DNA from: an uncultured Burkholderiales bacterium
GTDB lineage: Bacteria > Pseudomonadota > Gammaproteobacteria > Burkholderiales > Burkholderiaceae_C
Direction of reading: 5' to 3'
Assembly: GCA_937864005.1 (NCBI GenBank)
Contig: CALMIL010000025.1
Coordinates: forward strand, 2,162 to 66,161
Length of the DNA: 64,000 nt
Part shown: piece after piece, positions 8,055 through 17,553 of the stretch
Numbering within the stretch: the first letter of the stretch is position 1
How the letters are laid out: each line of letters opens with the position of its first letter
Translations under genes and position numbers: made by a program
Notes under the pieces: generated by a model
The model's input: the letters and a program-made list of their open reading frames with translations, nothing else
The model's database searches: none
What the model was told of the DNA's origin: nothing

Positions 8055-8346
8055 CTCGACATGGGGTCTCGAATCCGCGTTTCGGCCGCAGCGCGGGGCG
8101 CTCCGCGCCTCGCCGCGGAAATTTGACCTGAAGACCCACGGGCACGGAGCGCCATGCGGCGATCCGGGCGTGACTTTTGCACTGAACCTGCTTTGCGTCT
8201 GTCATCTTTGCCCACCATTGCGGCATTCTTACCGACGCCCCCAAGCTGACCATTGTCGGGGCGCCTTCGTGTGTGCCATCATCTCTACAGTAGTGAATTT
8301 CGAACCGAGCTTCGGCCCTGAGCCTGCGCAAGTGCAACCGGGTGCC

Positions 8347-8361
8347 GGCTTGGCTGTTGCA
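8347..8361 (+). promoter_or_regulatory. Second, weaker sigma-54-like -24/-12 match
   Basis: cGGCttggctgTTGCa with correct GG-N10-GC spacing, but only about 30 nt upstream of the ATG at 8391, so the leader would be very short. Confidence 0.15.
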
Positions 8362-8390
8362 CGCGTCGTCATCGCTGGATGAGGAAAAAC

Positions 8391-9026
8391 ATGGACAAAC
8401 TGCCTGATCTGCACCGTCGACTGATCCGAGCGGCACTGCTTGTGCTGTGCCTGGGTCTGCTGAGCGCCTGCGGGACCAATCTGCTCAGGTATCCTGCGGC
8501 GCCGCAGGCGGACCCGACGAACGACTACACCTACATCGTCGGCCCGGGTGACACCATCAACATCATCGTCTGGCGCAATCCCGAATTGTCGATGTCGGTC
8601 CCGGTGCGGCCCGACGGCAAATTCTCGACGCCGCTGATCGACGAACTGACGGCGCAGGGCAAGAATTCGCAGGAGATCGCACGCGACATAGAGACGCAGC
8701 TTGCCAAATATGTCCGCGACCCTGTCGTCACCGTCATCATCACGAGCTTCGTCGGTCCATACGATCAACAGATCCGCGTCGTCGGCGAGGCGGCAAAGCC
8801 GCAGGCGCTTCCCTACAAGAGCCACATGACTTTGCTCGACGTCATGATCGCCGTCGGCGGTCTGACGGACTTTGCGGACGGCAACGAAGCCACGATCCTG
8901 CGCTCCGTCGACGGAAACAAGCAGTATTCCGTTCGGCTCAGAGACCTGATCAGGCGTGGAGACATCTCGGCCAACGTCGAAGTGAAGCCGGGCGACATCC
9001 TGATCATTCCGCAGGGCTTCTTCTGA
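8391..9026 (+). CDS. Polysaccharide export lipoprotein (Wza/Poly_export family, PEP-CTERM-locus type)
   Basis: Lipoprotein signal ...LVLCLGLLSAC. Poly_export signature YIVGPGDTINIIVWRNPELS...VRPDGKFSTPLI. SLBB-like C-terminus ...VEVKPGDILIIP. The ATG at 8391 has an AGGAAA RBS. The track ORF starts at 8379. Confidence 0.85.
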   Translation: MDKLPDLHRRLIRAALLVLCLGLLSACGTNLLRYPAAPQADPTNDYTYIVGPGDTINIIVWRNPELSMSVPVRPDGKFSTPLIDELTAQGKNSQEIARDIETQLAKYVRDPVVTVIITSFVGPYDQQIRVVGEAAKPQALPYKSHMTLLDVMIAVGGLTDFADGNEATILRSVDGNKQYSVRLRDLIRRGDISANVEVKPGDILIIPQGFF

Positions 9027-9121
9027 TACTCCAATCCGTTCGCGACCTGGGCGCACTCCCTCGCGTCACCCACCCCGAAAGTCGCAGACGCCCAACCCGT
9101 TGACGGCGAACGCCATATCCG

Positions 9122-10708
9122 ATGGAAGAGTTATTTGCACAGTTGTCCGCCATTGCCAGAAGCATGTGGCGATTTCGGTGGCTGGCCGTGGCGATGGCGT
9201 GGGCCGTGGCAATCGTCGGCACGACGATCGTGTTCCGGATTCCCGACCAGTACGAGGCCAGCGCGCGCGTCTTCGTCGACACGCAATCGATCCTCAAGCC
9301 GCTGATGTCCGGCCTTGCAGTGCAACCCAACATCGAGCAGCAGGTCGTGATGTTGAGTCGCACGCTCGTCAGCCGGCCGAACGTCGAAAAGGTGGTGCGG
9401 ATGGCTGACCTCGACCTCAAGAGCCGTTCGCCGGCGGAACAGGAGGCGTTGGTGACCCGATTGATGACGGGGCTGGAAATCAAGTCCGCCGGCCGAGACA
9501 ATTTGTACACGCTCAGTTTCCGCGACTCGGACCCGGCGACGGCGCAGCGCGTCGTCCAGTCGGTCGTTTCCATCTTCGTCGAGTCCAGCCTCGGCGCGTC
9601 GCGCAAGGACACCGATACGGCGAAGGTCTTCATCAACGAGCAGATCAAAGCCTACGAGGCCAAATTGCGAGAGGCCGAAGCCCGGCTCCAGGCGTTCAGG
9701 CTTCGAAATATCGACATTCAGGCAGGCGAGGGAAAAGACTCGGCGTCGCGCTTGGCGGAACTCGGCGAACAGCTGAAAGATGCCCGCCTTGCGTTGCGCG
9801 AGGCCGAACAGTCGCGTGACGCAGCGCGCAAGCAACTCGAAAGTGCAGGAACAGGTTCCGGGAGCGCGGCCCCGTCGGCGGGGATGTCGTTGCTCGGCGG
9901 AGTGGGAAAGGATTCGGCAATGAGTTTCGCGACGCCCGAGATCGATGCGCGAATCGATGCGCAAAAGCGCAATCTCGACGCTTTGCTCCAGCGGTTCACC
10001 GAACAGCATCCCGACATCATCAGTGCCCGCAAATTGATCCGTGATCTCGAGGAGCAGAAGAAAAAGCAGGTCGAGGAGTTGCGCCAGGCCGCAGCTTCGG
10101 CGCCGGCCGCTGCCGGCCCGGCCTCCGATGGGCTGAACCAGATGCTCGCAACCTGGGAGGTCCAGGTCGCGGCGCTCAAGGCCCGCGTGGCGGAGTATTC
10201 GTCGCGCTACAGCCAGGCCCTCGAATCTGCGAAGGCCGCGCCGCGGCTCGAGGCGGAAGCGTCGCAGCTCAATCGCGACTACGAGATCAACAAGCAGAAC
10301 TATCAGGATCTGGTGAAACGGCGCGAGTCTGCAACGATGTCGGGAGATCTGGATCTGGCCGCCGGCGTCGTCGATTTCCGTCTCATCGATCCGCCCCGGG
10401 TCTCGCCCAAGCCGGTGTCGCCGAACCGGCTGGTACTGCTGCTGATGGCGATGGTCCTGGCGCTCGCCGCGGGCCTGTTCAGCGCCTTTGCGGCAAGCCA
10501 GTTGCGCCCGGTGTTCTACAGCGCAAGCGAGCTGCGTTCGAAATTCGCGCTCCCGATGCTCGGCATGGTCTCGCTGCTTACCAGCGACGCCGATGTTCGG
10601 CGCGAAAAGACCGATCTGATGCGGTTCCTGGTCGCGTCAGGCAGCCTCATCGGCATCTTCGTGGCGGCATTGATCACCATGTCGGTGATCGCGGCCAGAC
10701 AGGGTTGA
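9122..10708 (+). CDS. Polysaccharide chain-length determinant (PCP/Wzz-GumC family, PEP-CTERM-locus subtype)
   Basis: N-terminal TM (WLAVAMAWAVAIVGTTIVF), a long coiled-coil periplasmic region, the proline-rich motif IDPPRVSPKPVSPNR and a second TM near the C-terminus. Confidence 0.85.
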   Translation: MEELFAQLSAIARSMWRFRWLAVAMAWAVAIVGTTIVFRIPDQYEASARVFVDTQSILKPLMSGLAVQPNIEQQVVMLSRTLVSRPNVEKVVRMADLDLKSRSPAEQEALVTRLMTGLEIKSAGRDNLYTLSFRDSDPATAQRVVQSVVSIFVESSLGASRKDTDTAKVFINEQIKAYEAKLREAEARLQAFRLRNIDIQAGEGKDSASRLAELGEQLKDARLALREAEQSRDAARKQLESAGTGSGSAAPSAGMSLLGGVGKDSAMSFATPEIDARIDAQKRNLDALLQRFTEQHPDIISARKLIRDLEEQKKKQVEELRQAAASAPAAAGPASDGLNQMLATWEVQVAALKARVAEYSSRYSQALESAKAAPRLEAEASQLNRDYEINKQNYQDLVKRRESATMSGDLDLAAGVVDFRLIDPPRVSPKPVSPNRLVLLLMAMVLALAAGLFSAFAASQLRPVFYSASELRSKFALPMLGMVSLLTSDADVRREKTDLMRFLVASGSLIGIFVAALITMSVIAARQG

Positions 10709-10713
10709 ATGCG

Positions 10714-11646
10714 ATGAGCAGTCTGATCGAACAAGCAGCCCAGCGTCTGGATCAACTCCGTCGCACCGGTGTAGCAATTCCAGAGCCGACTTCGGTGGCG
10801 TCGCCGACAGTCGCCCCGGGGTCGGCGCGGGTCGAGATGACGCCCGCAGCAGCTCAAAGCGACCCACCACCGAAAGCGCCCACCGCGACGTCGCGGCAGG
10901 TCACACTGGACCTCGACGCGCTCAACGCCGCTGGCTTCGTGACTCCCGATTCGCCGCGCACGCACACTGCCGACCAGTACCGGGTGATCAAGCGGCCTCT
11001 GATCTTGAATGCGAAAGGCACGGGCCCGGCGGCGCTCAATCACGGCAACCTGATCATGGTGACCAGTTCGCTGGTCGGAGAAGGCAAGAGCTTCACGTCG
11101 ATCAACCTGGCGATGAGCATCGCGATGGAGGTCGACAGCACGGTGATGCTCGTCGACGCCGACGTCGCCAGACCCTCGGTACTGCGCATGCTGGGCTTGC
11201 CCGAAGGGCCGGGGTTGTTGGATCTGCTCGAAGGCGAGATGGAGATGTCGGACGTTCTGCTCAAGACCAACATCGACAAGTTGACGATCCTGCCCAGCGG
11301 GACACCGCATCCGCAAGCAACCGAACTGCTGGCCAGCAATTCGATGAAATTGCTGCTCGACGACATCGCGCACCGCTATTCGGATCGCATCATCATCTTC
11401 GATTCGCCCCCGCTGCTTCTGACGACCGAGGCGCGGGTCCTGGCGACGCAAATGGGGCAGGTTGTCATGGTCGTCCAGGCCGAAAAGACGCTACAGACCG
11501 ACGTCCAACACGCTCTCTCGACGATCAAGGCCTGCTCTCACATCAGTCTGATGCTCAACAAGGCGCGTGCGTCTGCCGACGGCGCCGGAACCAGCTACGG
11601 CTATGGCTATGGGTATGGCTACGGTGGCGAAAAGCGGATGGCGTGA
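10714..11646 (+). CDS. BY-kinase-type P-loop ATPase (chain-length determinant tyrosine kinase, EpsG-like)
   Basis: Walker A VTSSLVGEGKSFTSINLA, Walker A' VMLVDADV, Walker B RIIIFDSPP and a C-terminal Tyr cluster SYGYGYGYGYGG. The ATG at 10714 lies just after the upstream stop. The track start at 10705 is TTG. Confidence 0.8.
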   Translation: MSSLIEQAAQRLDQLRRTGVAIPEPTSVASPTVAPGSARVEMTPAAAQSDPPPKAPTATSRQVTLDLDALNAAGFVTPDSPRTHTADQYRVIKRPLILNAKGTGPAALNHGNLIMVTSSLVGEGKSFTSINLAMSIAMEVDSTVMLVDADVARPSVLRMLGLPEGPGLLDLLEGEMEMSDVLLKTNIDKLTILPSGTPHPQATELLASNSMKLLLDDIAHRYSDRIIIFDSPPLLLTTEARVLATQMGQVVMVVQAEKTLQTDVQHALSTIKACSHISLMLNKARASADGAGTSYGYGYGYGYGGEKRMA

Positions 11647-13277
11647 CCATCGCCATCCGGTCCAAGCGCCCCGCTCCTTCGACGATGTCCCGAATCCACG
11701 CCAAGCATGCCGGCCGGCCTCTGTGCGGGCTGCTCGCTCTGGCGGCAATGGGGGCGGCGGCCCAGGTGTTCGATGATCCGACTTCAGGCTACGGCACGCT
11801 GCCATCGCGAGCGCAGTCCACCAATGAGTCAACCGTCGGCAATGGCCGGGGTTTCTACTTCACCCCGAGCGTCGGCGTGCAGGCCACGCTCACCGACAAC
11901 GCGAACCTGAGTGCGACCGACAAGCAGTCGGACCTGATTGCCTCGATCACGCCGGCGATACAAATGGGTGGGCAATCCGGCCGCGTGAAGGGGTTCCTGG
12001 ATTACGCGCTCACCGCATCGGCGTCTGCCAACGGCACGCAAATCGACCACCTGCAGAACTCGCTCAACGCGCAGGTGAACGTGGAAGCGGTCCCCAACTG
12101 GCTGTATGTCGATGCGAGCGCGCAAATCTCGCAGCAGTACATCTCGCCGTTCGGCACGCAGTCGTCGGACCCGACGCTGGCCAACAGCAATCGCACCGAG
12201 ACGACGACGTGGAACGTCTCCCCCTACCTGAGCGGCCAGATTGCCGGCACAGTCAACTACCTCGCCCGTGTCGACTACAGCCAAACAAACAGCGGCACGA
12301 CCGAAGCGTCGAATTCATCGACCCTGCTTGGCAATGTGCACTTCGATGCGACGACTCGCTGGTCGAAGCTCGGCTGGCTCGTGGACCTTCTTCATCGGCA
12401 AGATAATTTCAGCCAGGGTCGGAACACAACCGACGACATTGTGCTGGGTCAACTGAGCTACGCCGTCACGCCGGAGTTTCGCGCCTCGCTGCGCGCGAAC
12501 ACAGAGTCGAACAACATCATCACGCTGGAGAGGAAGACCTACAACGGCTGGGGATGGGGGCTCGACTGGAATCCGAGTCCTCGCACCCATCTCTACCTGA
12601 CGCAGGACCAGCGCTTCTTCGGGAAATCACATAGCTACGGGCTCGACTATCGAACCCCGCAGAGCGTGTGGAGCATCAGCAGCACCCAAGGCCTGTCGAC
12701 CGGGCAGCAAAACAGCGGCCGGGGTTACCCCGGTTCGGCCTTCGACCTGTTGTTTGCGCAGTTCGCGGCGATCGAACCCGACCCGATCTTGCGGGCCCAG
12801 CTCGTCAACGCATTCCTGAAGGCCAACGGCATCGACCCGAACGCGGTGGTGACAAGCAACTATCTGCCGAACCAGATCCAGGAGGAGCGCCGTCAGAACG
12901 CCTCGGTCGCTCTGCTGGGCCGCAGGAGCACCGTCATCTTCAACGTCTACCAGACCTACTCACGCAACCTGGGTGTCTTGTCGAACCCGGGCAATGATTT
13001 CGCGAATGGAAACCTGACCCGCTGGCGTGGCTTCGGCGTCACCTGGTCGCACCGCCTGACGCCGCAATCGAACATCACCGTGAACGCGTCCGCAACCAAG
13101 ACGACGGGTGAATCGAGCACGGACGAAACCACCCTGTGGGCGCTCTACGGCACGTGGTCGTCCCAGGTGTCGAGGCGAGCCACGGCGGCGGTCAGCGTGC
13201 GGCATCAGAAATTCAGCAGCCCGACGTCGCCATATGACGAATCGGCGGTGATCGGCACCCTCAGTATGACATTCTGA
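11643..13277 (+). CDS. Outer-membrane beta-barrel protein associated with the PEP-CTERM/EPS export system
   Basis: Signal peptide ...GRPLCGLLALAAMGAAAQVF, then alternating amphipathic strands rich in Y/N/T/S/G, ending in ...IGTLSMTF (C-terminal Phe). The start is either GTG 11643 (GTGA overlap) or ATG 11685. Confidence 0.7.
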   Translation: MTIAIRSKRPAPSTMSRIHAKHAGRPLCGLLALAAMGAAAQVFDDPTSGYGTLPSRAQSTNESTVGNGRGFYFTPSVGVQATLTDNANLSATDKQSDLIASITPAIQMGGQSGRVKGFLDYALTASASANGTQIDHLQNSLNAQVNVEAVPNWLYVDASAQISQQYISPFGTQSSDPTLANSNRTETTTWNVSPYLSGQIAGTVNYLARVDYSQTNSGTTEASNSSTLLGNVHFDATTRWSKLGWLVDLLHRQDNFSQGRNTTDDIVLGQLSYAVTPEFRASLRANTESNNIITLERKTYNGWGWGLDWNPSPRTHLYLTQDQRFFGKSHSYGLDYRTPQSVWSISSTQGLSTGQQNSGRGYPGSAFDLLFAQFAAIEPDPILRAQLVNAFLKANGIDPNAVVTSNYLPNQIQEERRQNASVALLGRRSTVIFNVYQTYSRNLGVLSNPGNDFANGNLTRWRGFGVTWSHRLTPQSNITVNASATKTTGESSTDETTLWALYGTWSSQVSRRATAAVSVRHQKFSSPTSPYDESAVIGTLSMTF

Positions 13278-13279
13278 CC

Positions 13280-14377
13280 ATGTACGAAGCCTTCTACGGG
13301 TTGAGCAGCAAGCCGTTCCAGCTCAATCCAGACCCCAATTTCTACTACGGCAGCAAGCAGCACAGCCGGGCGCGGGCCTATCTCGAATACGGCGTGACGC
13401 GACACGAGGGGTTCGTCGTCATCACCGGCGAGATCGGTGCCGGCAAGACGATGATCCTGCGCGCACTGATCGAAGGCATGCACGGCAGCGACGTGGTGAT
13501 CGGCAATCTGGTCACGACGCAGCTCGGCGCCGAGGACACGCTGCGCATGGTCGGCGCAGCCTTCGGCTTTCACGTCAAGGACGCGCCCAAGTCCGAGTTG
13601 CTGATCACGCTCGAAGCCTTCCTGGTCAGCCAGACGAGCCAGGGCAAGCGCTGCCTGCTGATCGTCGACGAGGCGCAGAACCTGACGCCTCAGGCCGTCG
13701 AGGAACTGCGCATGCTGTCGAACTTCCAGTTCGGAAACCAGGCGCTGCTGCAGAGTTTCCTCGTCGGACAACCGGAGTTTCGCGAAATCCTTCAGCGCCC
13801 CGAGATGGAGCAGTTCAGGCAGCGCGTCGCAGCGACCTGCCATATCGGGCCGCTCGACGCCGAGGAGACGCAGCGCTACATCGAGCACCGGCTCAAGTGC
13901 GCCGGGTCGCAGGGCAAGCCCAGCTTCGAAGAAGAAGCCTTCGCGGTCATTCACAAGGCATCGCGTGGCATCCCGCGTCGCATCAATGCCCTTTGCGACC
14001 GGCTGCTGCTCCTCGGCTTCCTCGCCGAGAAGACCCACCTGACTGCAGCCGACGCCAACGAGGTGATCAGCGAAATGGTCGAGGAGTCGCGGGTTCCCGG
14101 CAAGCCGGCCGTTGCCGAGACAGCGAGTCTCGATACGCCGTCAACCCTTGCAGCGGACTTGTCGAACCTCGATCTGTCCAAGGCCACCTTGTCATCGCAA
14201 GCCGCCAACGGTCTGTCGCGCCAGATCGCCGGCCAACTCGTCGAGCAGCGTATCGACCAGATGCAGCGCCTGGAGCGCAGCGTTCTCCGGCTCGAGCGGC
14301 TGAACGTCCAGACGCTGGGCCTGCTGCAAAAGCTGGTCAGCGCGGTCAAGACAACATCGGACAACCACAGTCCATGA
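13280..14377 (+). CDS. ExeA-like AAA ATPase of the XrtA/PEP-CTERM system
   Basis: MYEAFYGLSSKPFQLNPDPNFYY..., Walker A VVITGEIGAGKT, Walker B CLLIVDEAQNL. This is the typical position after the OM barrel gene. Confidence 0.8.
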   Translation: MYEAFYGLSSKPFQLNPDPNFYYGSKQHSRARAYLEYGVTRHEGFVVITGEIGAGKTMILRALIEGMHGSDVVIGNLVTTQLGAEDTLRMVGAAFGFHVKDAPKSELLITLEAFLVSQTSQGKRCLLIVDEAQNLTPQAVEELRMLSNFQFGNQALLQSFLVGQPEFREILQRPEMEQFRQRVAATCHIGPLDAEETQRYIEHRLKCAGSQGKPSFEEEAFAVIHKASRGIPRRINALCDRLLLLGFLAEKTHLTAADANEVISEMVEESRVPGKPAVAETASLDTPSTLAADLSNLDLSKATLSSQAANGLSRQIAGQLVEQRIDQMQRLERSVLRLERLNVQTLGLLQKLVSAVKTTSDNHSP

Positions 14378-14393
14378 CCGATTCGGAGCTGCG

Positions 14394-15275
14394 ATGACCA
14401 CAACCGCCGCAAGCGCGGGGCATTCGGCGATCACGAACGCCCTGACGATCGACGTCGAGGACTATTTCCAGGTGTCGGCGTTCGCCCCCTACATCGCGCG
14501 CAGCGATTGGGACTCGCGCGAGTGCCGGGTCGAACGCAACGTCGATCGCATCCTCGCGATGCTCGACGAGCACGGCACGCACGCGACCTTCTTCACGCTC
14601 GGCTGGATCGCCGAACGCTACCCACGCCTGATCCAGCGCATCGCGGCCGAGGGCCACGAAGTCGCGAGCCACGGCTACGGCCACCAGCGTGCGAGCGATC
14701 TGAGCGAGGCCGCGTTCCATGCAGACGTGGGCAGCGCAAAGAAGATCCTCGAAGACCTGTGCGGCGCTGCGGTCAACGGCTATCGCGCGCCGAGCTTTTC
14801 GATCGGCCCCGCCAACCTGTGGGCTTTCGAGTGCCTCGCGCGCGCCGGCTACCGCTACAGCTCGAGCATCTATCCGATCCGTCACGACCACTACGGCATG
14901 CCCGACGCGCCGCGCTTCGCGCATCGTGTCCACGACGAACTGATCGAGCTGCCGATCACCACGCTGCGCCTGTTCAACCGCAACCTGCCCTCGAGCGGTG
15001 GCGGCTACTTCAGGCTGCTGCCGTACGCGATGTCGCGCTGGATGATCAATCGCGTCAACGCGCGCGAGCAGGAGCCGGCGATCTTCTACTGCCACCCGTG
15101 GGAGATCGACGTCGATCAGCCGCGCATCGCCGGGATCGACCGCAAGACGCGCTTTCGCCACTACGTCAACATCGATCGGATGGAGCCGCGCCTCGCCTGC
15201 CTGCTGCGCGACTTCCGCTGGGGCCGGATGGACCACATCTTCCTCGACCGCAACGTCTCGCCGGCCGTTACGTGA
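14394..15275 (+). CDS. Polysaccharide deacetylase (XrtA-system type)
   Basis: LTIDVEDYFQVSAF, FFTLGWIAERYP, GHEVASHGYGHQ: NodB-type deacetylase motifs. Confidence 0.85.
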   Translation: MTTTAASAGHSAITNALTIDVEDYFQVSAFAPYIARSDWDSRECRVERNVDRILAMLDEHGTHATFFTLGWIAERYPRLIQRIAAEGHEVASHGYGHQRASDLSEAAFHADVGSAKKILEDLCGAAVNGYRAPSFSIGPANLWAFECLARAGYRYSSSIYPIRHDHYGMPDAPRFAHRVHDELIELPITTLRLFNRNLPSSGGGYFRLLPYAMSRWMINRVNAREQEPAIFYCHPWEIDVDQPRIAGIDRKTRFRHYVNIDRMEPRLACLLRDFRWGRMDHIFLDRNVSPAVT

Positions 15276-16330
15276 GCCACGACGCGCGCCCGGTGCCGAG
15301 CATCCGGCGCCTGTCCCTGCAGGACGCCGCCACCGCGCGGCGTTGGGACGCGTTCGTCCTCGCCTGCAGCGGCGCGACCTTCTTCCACCGCGCCGGGTGG
15401 CAGAAGATCCTGAGCGAGATCTTCCGCCACGACACCTACTTCCTGTATGCCGAGACCGACGAACGCATCGAAGGCGTGCTGCCGCTCGCGCATGTGAAGT
15501 CGCTGCTGTTCGGCAACTCGCTCGTCAGCCTTCCGTTCGCCGTCTACGGCGGCGTTGCGGCGACCCACGCCGACGCCGCGATCGCGCTCGAGGCCGAGGC
15601 CCAGCGTCTGGCCCAGCGCCTCGGCGCCGACCACCTCGAGCTGCGCCATGTCGACGCACGCCACGAGAACTGGCCGCGGCAGGATCTCTACGTGACCTTT
15701 CGCAAGGCGATCCTGCCCGACGAAGAAGCCAACATGCTCGCCATCCCGCGCAAGCAACGGGCGATGGTGCGCAAGGGCATCAAGAACGGCCTGCGCAGCG
15801 AGATCGATCAGGGCATCGACCGCTTCTTCGCGCTTTACGCCGACAACGTTCACCGCCACGGCACGCCGGCGCTGGCGAAGCGCTACTTCCAGGCGCTGCG
15901 CGACGAGTTCGGCGCCGACTGCGACGTGCTCACCGTCAGCGCGCCCGACGGACGGCCGCTCAGCAGCGTGCTGAGCTTCTACTTCCGCGACGAGGTGCTG
16001 CCCTACTACGCCGGAGACGACGAAGCCGCGCGCGACCTGGCAGCGAACGACTTCAAGTACTGGGAGCTGATGCGCCGCGCCTGTGCACGCGGGCTCAAGG
16101 TATTCGACTACGGCCGCAGCAAGCAGGGCACCGGGCCCTATGCCTTCAAGAAGAACTGGGGCTTCGAGCCGACGCCGCTGCACTACGAATATTGCCTCTA
16201 CAAGCGCAGCGCCGTCCCGCAGAACAACCCGGCCAACGCGAAGTACCGGCTGCTGATCGAGACCTGGCGGCGCCTGCCGATAGGCATCGCCAACCGGCTC
16301 GGGCCGTTTGTCGTGCGCAGTCTGGGGTAG
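15272..16330 (+). CDS. FemAB-family acyl/aminoacyl-transferase-like protein (XrtA-system associated)
   Basis: In-frame GTG at 15272 overlaps the deacetylase stop (GTGA). From there the protein reads VSHDARPVPSIRRLSLQDAATARRWDAFVLACSGATFFHRAGW..., about 352 aa as expected. The 255 upstream codons of the 607-aa track ORF overlap the deacetylase out of frame. Confidence 0.7.
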   Translation: MSHDARPVPSIRRLSLQDAATARRWDAFVLACSGATFFHRAGWQKILSEIFRHDTYFLYAETDERIEGVLPLAHVKSLLFGNSLVSLPFAVYGGVAATHADAAIALEAEAQRLAQRLGADHLELRHVDARHENWPRQDLYVTFRKAILPDEEANMLAIPRKQRAMVRKGIKNGLRSEIDQGIDRFFALYADNVHRHGTPALAKRYFQALRDEFGADCDVLTVSAPDGRPLSSVLSFYFRDEVLPYYAGDDEAARDLAANDFKYWELMRRACARGLKVFDYGRSKQGTGPYAFKKNWGFEPTPLHYEYCLYKRSAVPQNNPANAKYRLLIETWRRLPIGIANRLGPFVVRSLG

Positions 16331-16332
16331 CC

Positions 16333-17553
16333 GTGGCCAAGCTGCTCTACCTGGTGCACCGCATGCCGTATCCGCCCGACAAGGGCGACAAGGTGCGCTC
16401 GTACCATCTTCTCAAGCACCTGGCGGCGAAGCACCGCGTGTTCGTCGGCAGCTTCATCGACGACCCGCAAGACGAAGCGCATGTCGAGACGTTGCGCTCA
16501 CTCTGTGCGGGTCTGCACCTGACGCGCCTGAATCCGGCGCGCGCGCGAATCGCCAGCCTGTCCGGCCTGCTCGAAGGCCAGGCCCTCACGCTGAGCTACT
16601 ACCGCGATGCGGCGCTGCAGCGCTGGGTACAGGAAACCGCGCGCCGCGAACGCGTCGACGCCGTCATCGTGTTCTCGTCGGCGATGGCGCAGTACGCACA
16701 AGGCCTGCGGCTGCCGACGCTCGTGGACTTCGTCGATCTCGATTCTGCCAAGTGGACGGAGTACGCCGCCCACCACCGCTGGCCGCTTTCGTGGCTGTAC
16801 CGGCGCGAGGGCGAGCAGTTGCTCAGCCACGAGCGCGCCGTCGCCGCACGCTCGGCACGCTCGTTCTTCTCCACCGAGAGGGAGACCGCGCTCTTCCGGA
16901 GCAAGGCGCCCGAAAGCGCACACACGTGCGAAGCGATGTGCAACGGTGTCGACGCCGACTACTTCGCACCCGACGCCTCGCGCGCCTCGCCCTTTGCCAG
17001 TGGCGAGCTACCCCTGGTTTTCACCGGCGCGATGGACTACTGGCCCAACATCGACGCCGTGACCTGGTTCGCCACCGAGATATTGCCCGGTCTGCGCGCC
17101 AAATGGCCTGCGTTGCGCTTTCACATCGTCGGTCGCAGCCCGACACCTGCCGTGCATGCGCTCGCCGGCGAAACCGTGAACGTGACGGGCACCGTGCCCG
17201 ACGTGCGCCCCTATCTGCAGCACGCCGCCGTGGTCGTCGCACCGTTGCGGCTGGCGCGCGGCATCCAGAACAAGATCCTCGAGGCGATGGCGATGGGCCG
17301 GCCGGTGGTGGCGTCGCGCGAATGCGCAGAGGCGATCGAGGCGCGGCGCGGCACCGAACTCGTCCACGCGCCCGACGCCGAAGCCTTCGCCCGCGAGGTC
17401 GATGCATTGCTGAGCAACCCCGCGCGCGCTGCCGCGCTCGGCGCGGCGGGCCGCCGCCGCGTCCAGCAGGACTACACCTGGGACGCCCACCTCGCGGCCA
17501 TCGACAGCCACCTGGCGTCGCTGCTGTGCGCGCGTCAGCCGCTGGCGGCCTAA
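16333..17553 (+). CDS. GT4-family glycosyltransferase (PEP-CTERM/EpsH1-associated sugar transferase 1 type)
   Basis: GTG at 16333 lies 2 nt after the upstream stop. N-terminus VAKLLYLVHRMPYPPDKGDKVRSYHLLKHLA; C-terminal GT-B motif ...NKILEAMAMGRPVVAS. Confidence 0.8.
   Translation: MAKLLYLVHRMPYPPDKGDKVRSYHLLKHLAAKHRVFVGSFIDDPQDEAHVETLRSLCAGLHLTRLNPARARIASLSGLLEGQALTLSYYRDAALQRWVQETARRERVDAVIVFSSAMAQYAQGLRLPTLVDFVDLDSAKWTEYAAHHRWPLSWLYRREGEQLLSHERAVAARSARSFFSTERETALFRSKAPESAHTCEAMCNGVDADYFAPDASRASPFASGELPLVFTGAMDYWPNIDAVTWFATEILPGLRAKWPALRFHIVGRSPTPAVHALAGETVNVTGTVPDVRPYLQHAAVVVAPLRLARGIQNKILEAMAMGRPVVASRECAEAIEARRGTELVHAPDAEAFAREVDALLSNPARAAALGAAGRRRVQQDYTWDAHLAAIDSHLASLLCARQPLAA

Noticed and set aside
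14507-17553. The 607-aa (14507-16330) and 736-aa (15343-17553) track ORFs taken at full length.
   Set aside because: Their N-terminal halves overlap the preceding genes out of frame and are Arg/Pro-rich. In-frame GTG starts at 15272 and 16333, overlapping or immediately following the upstream stops, give proteins of the expected family length.
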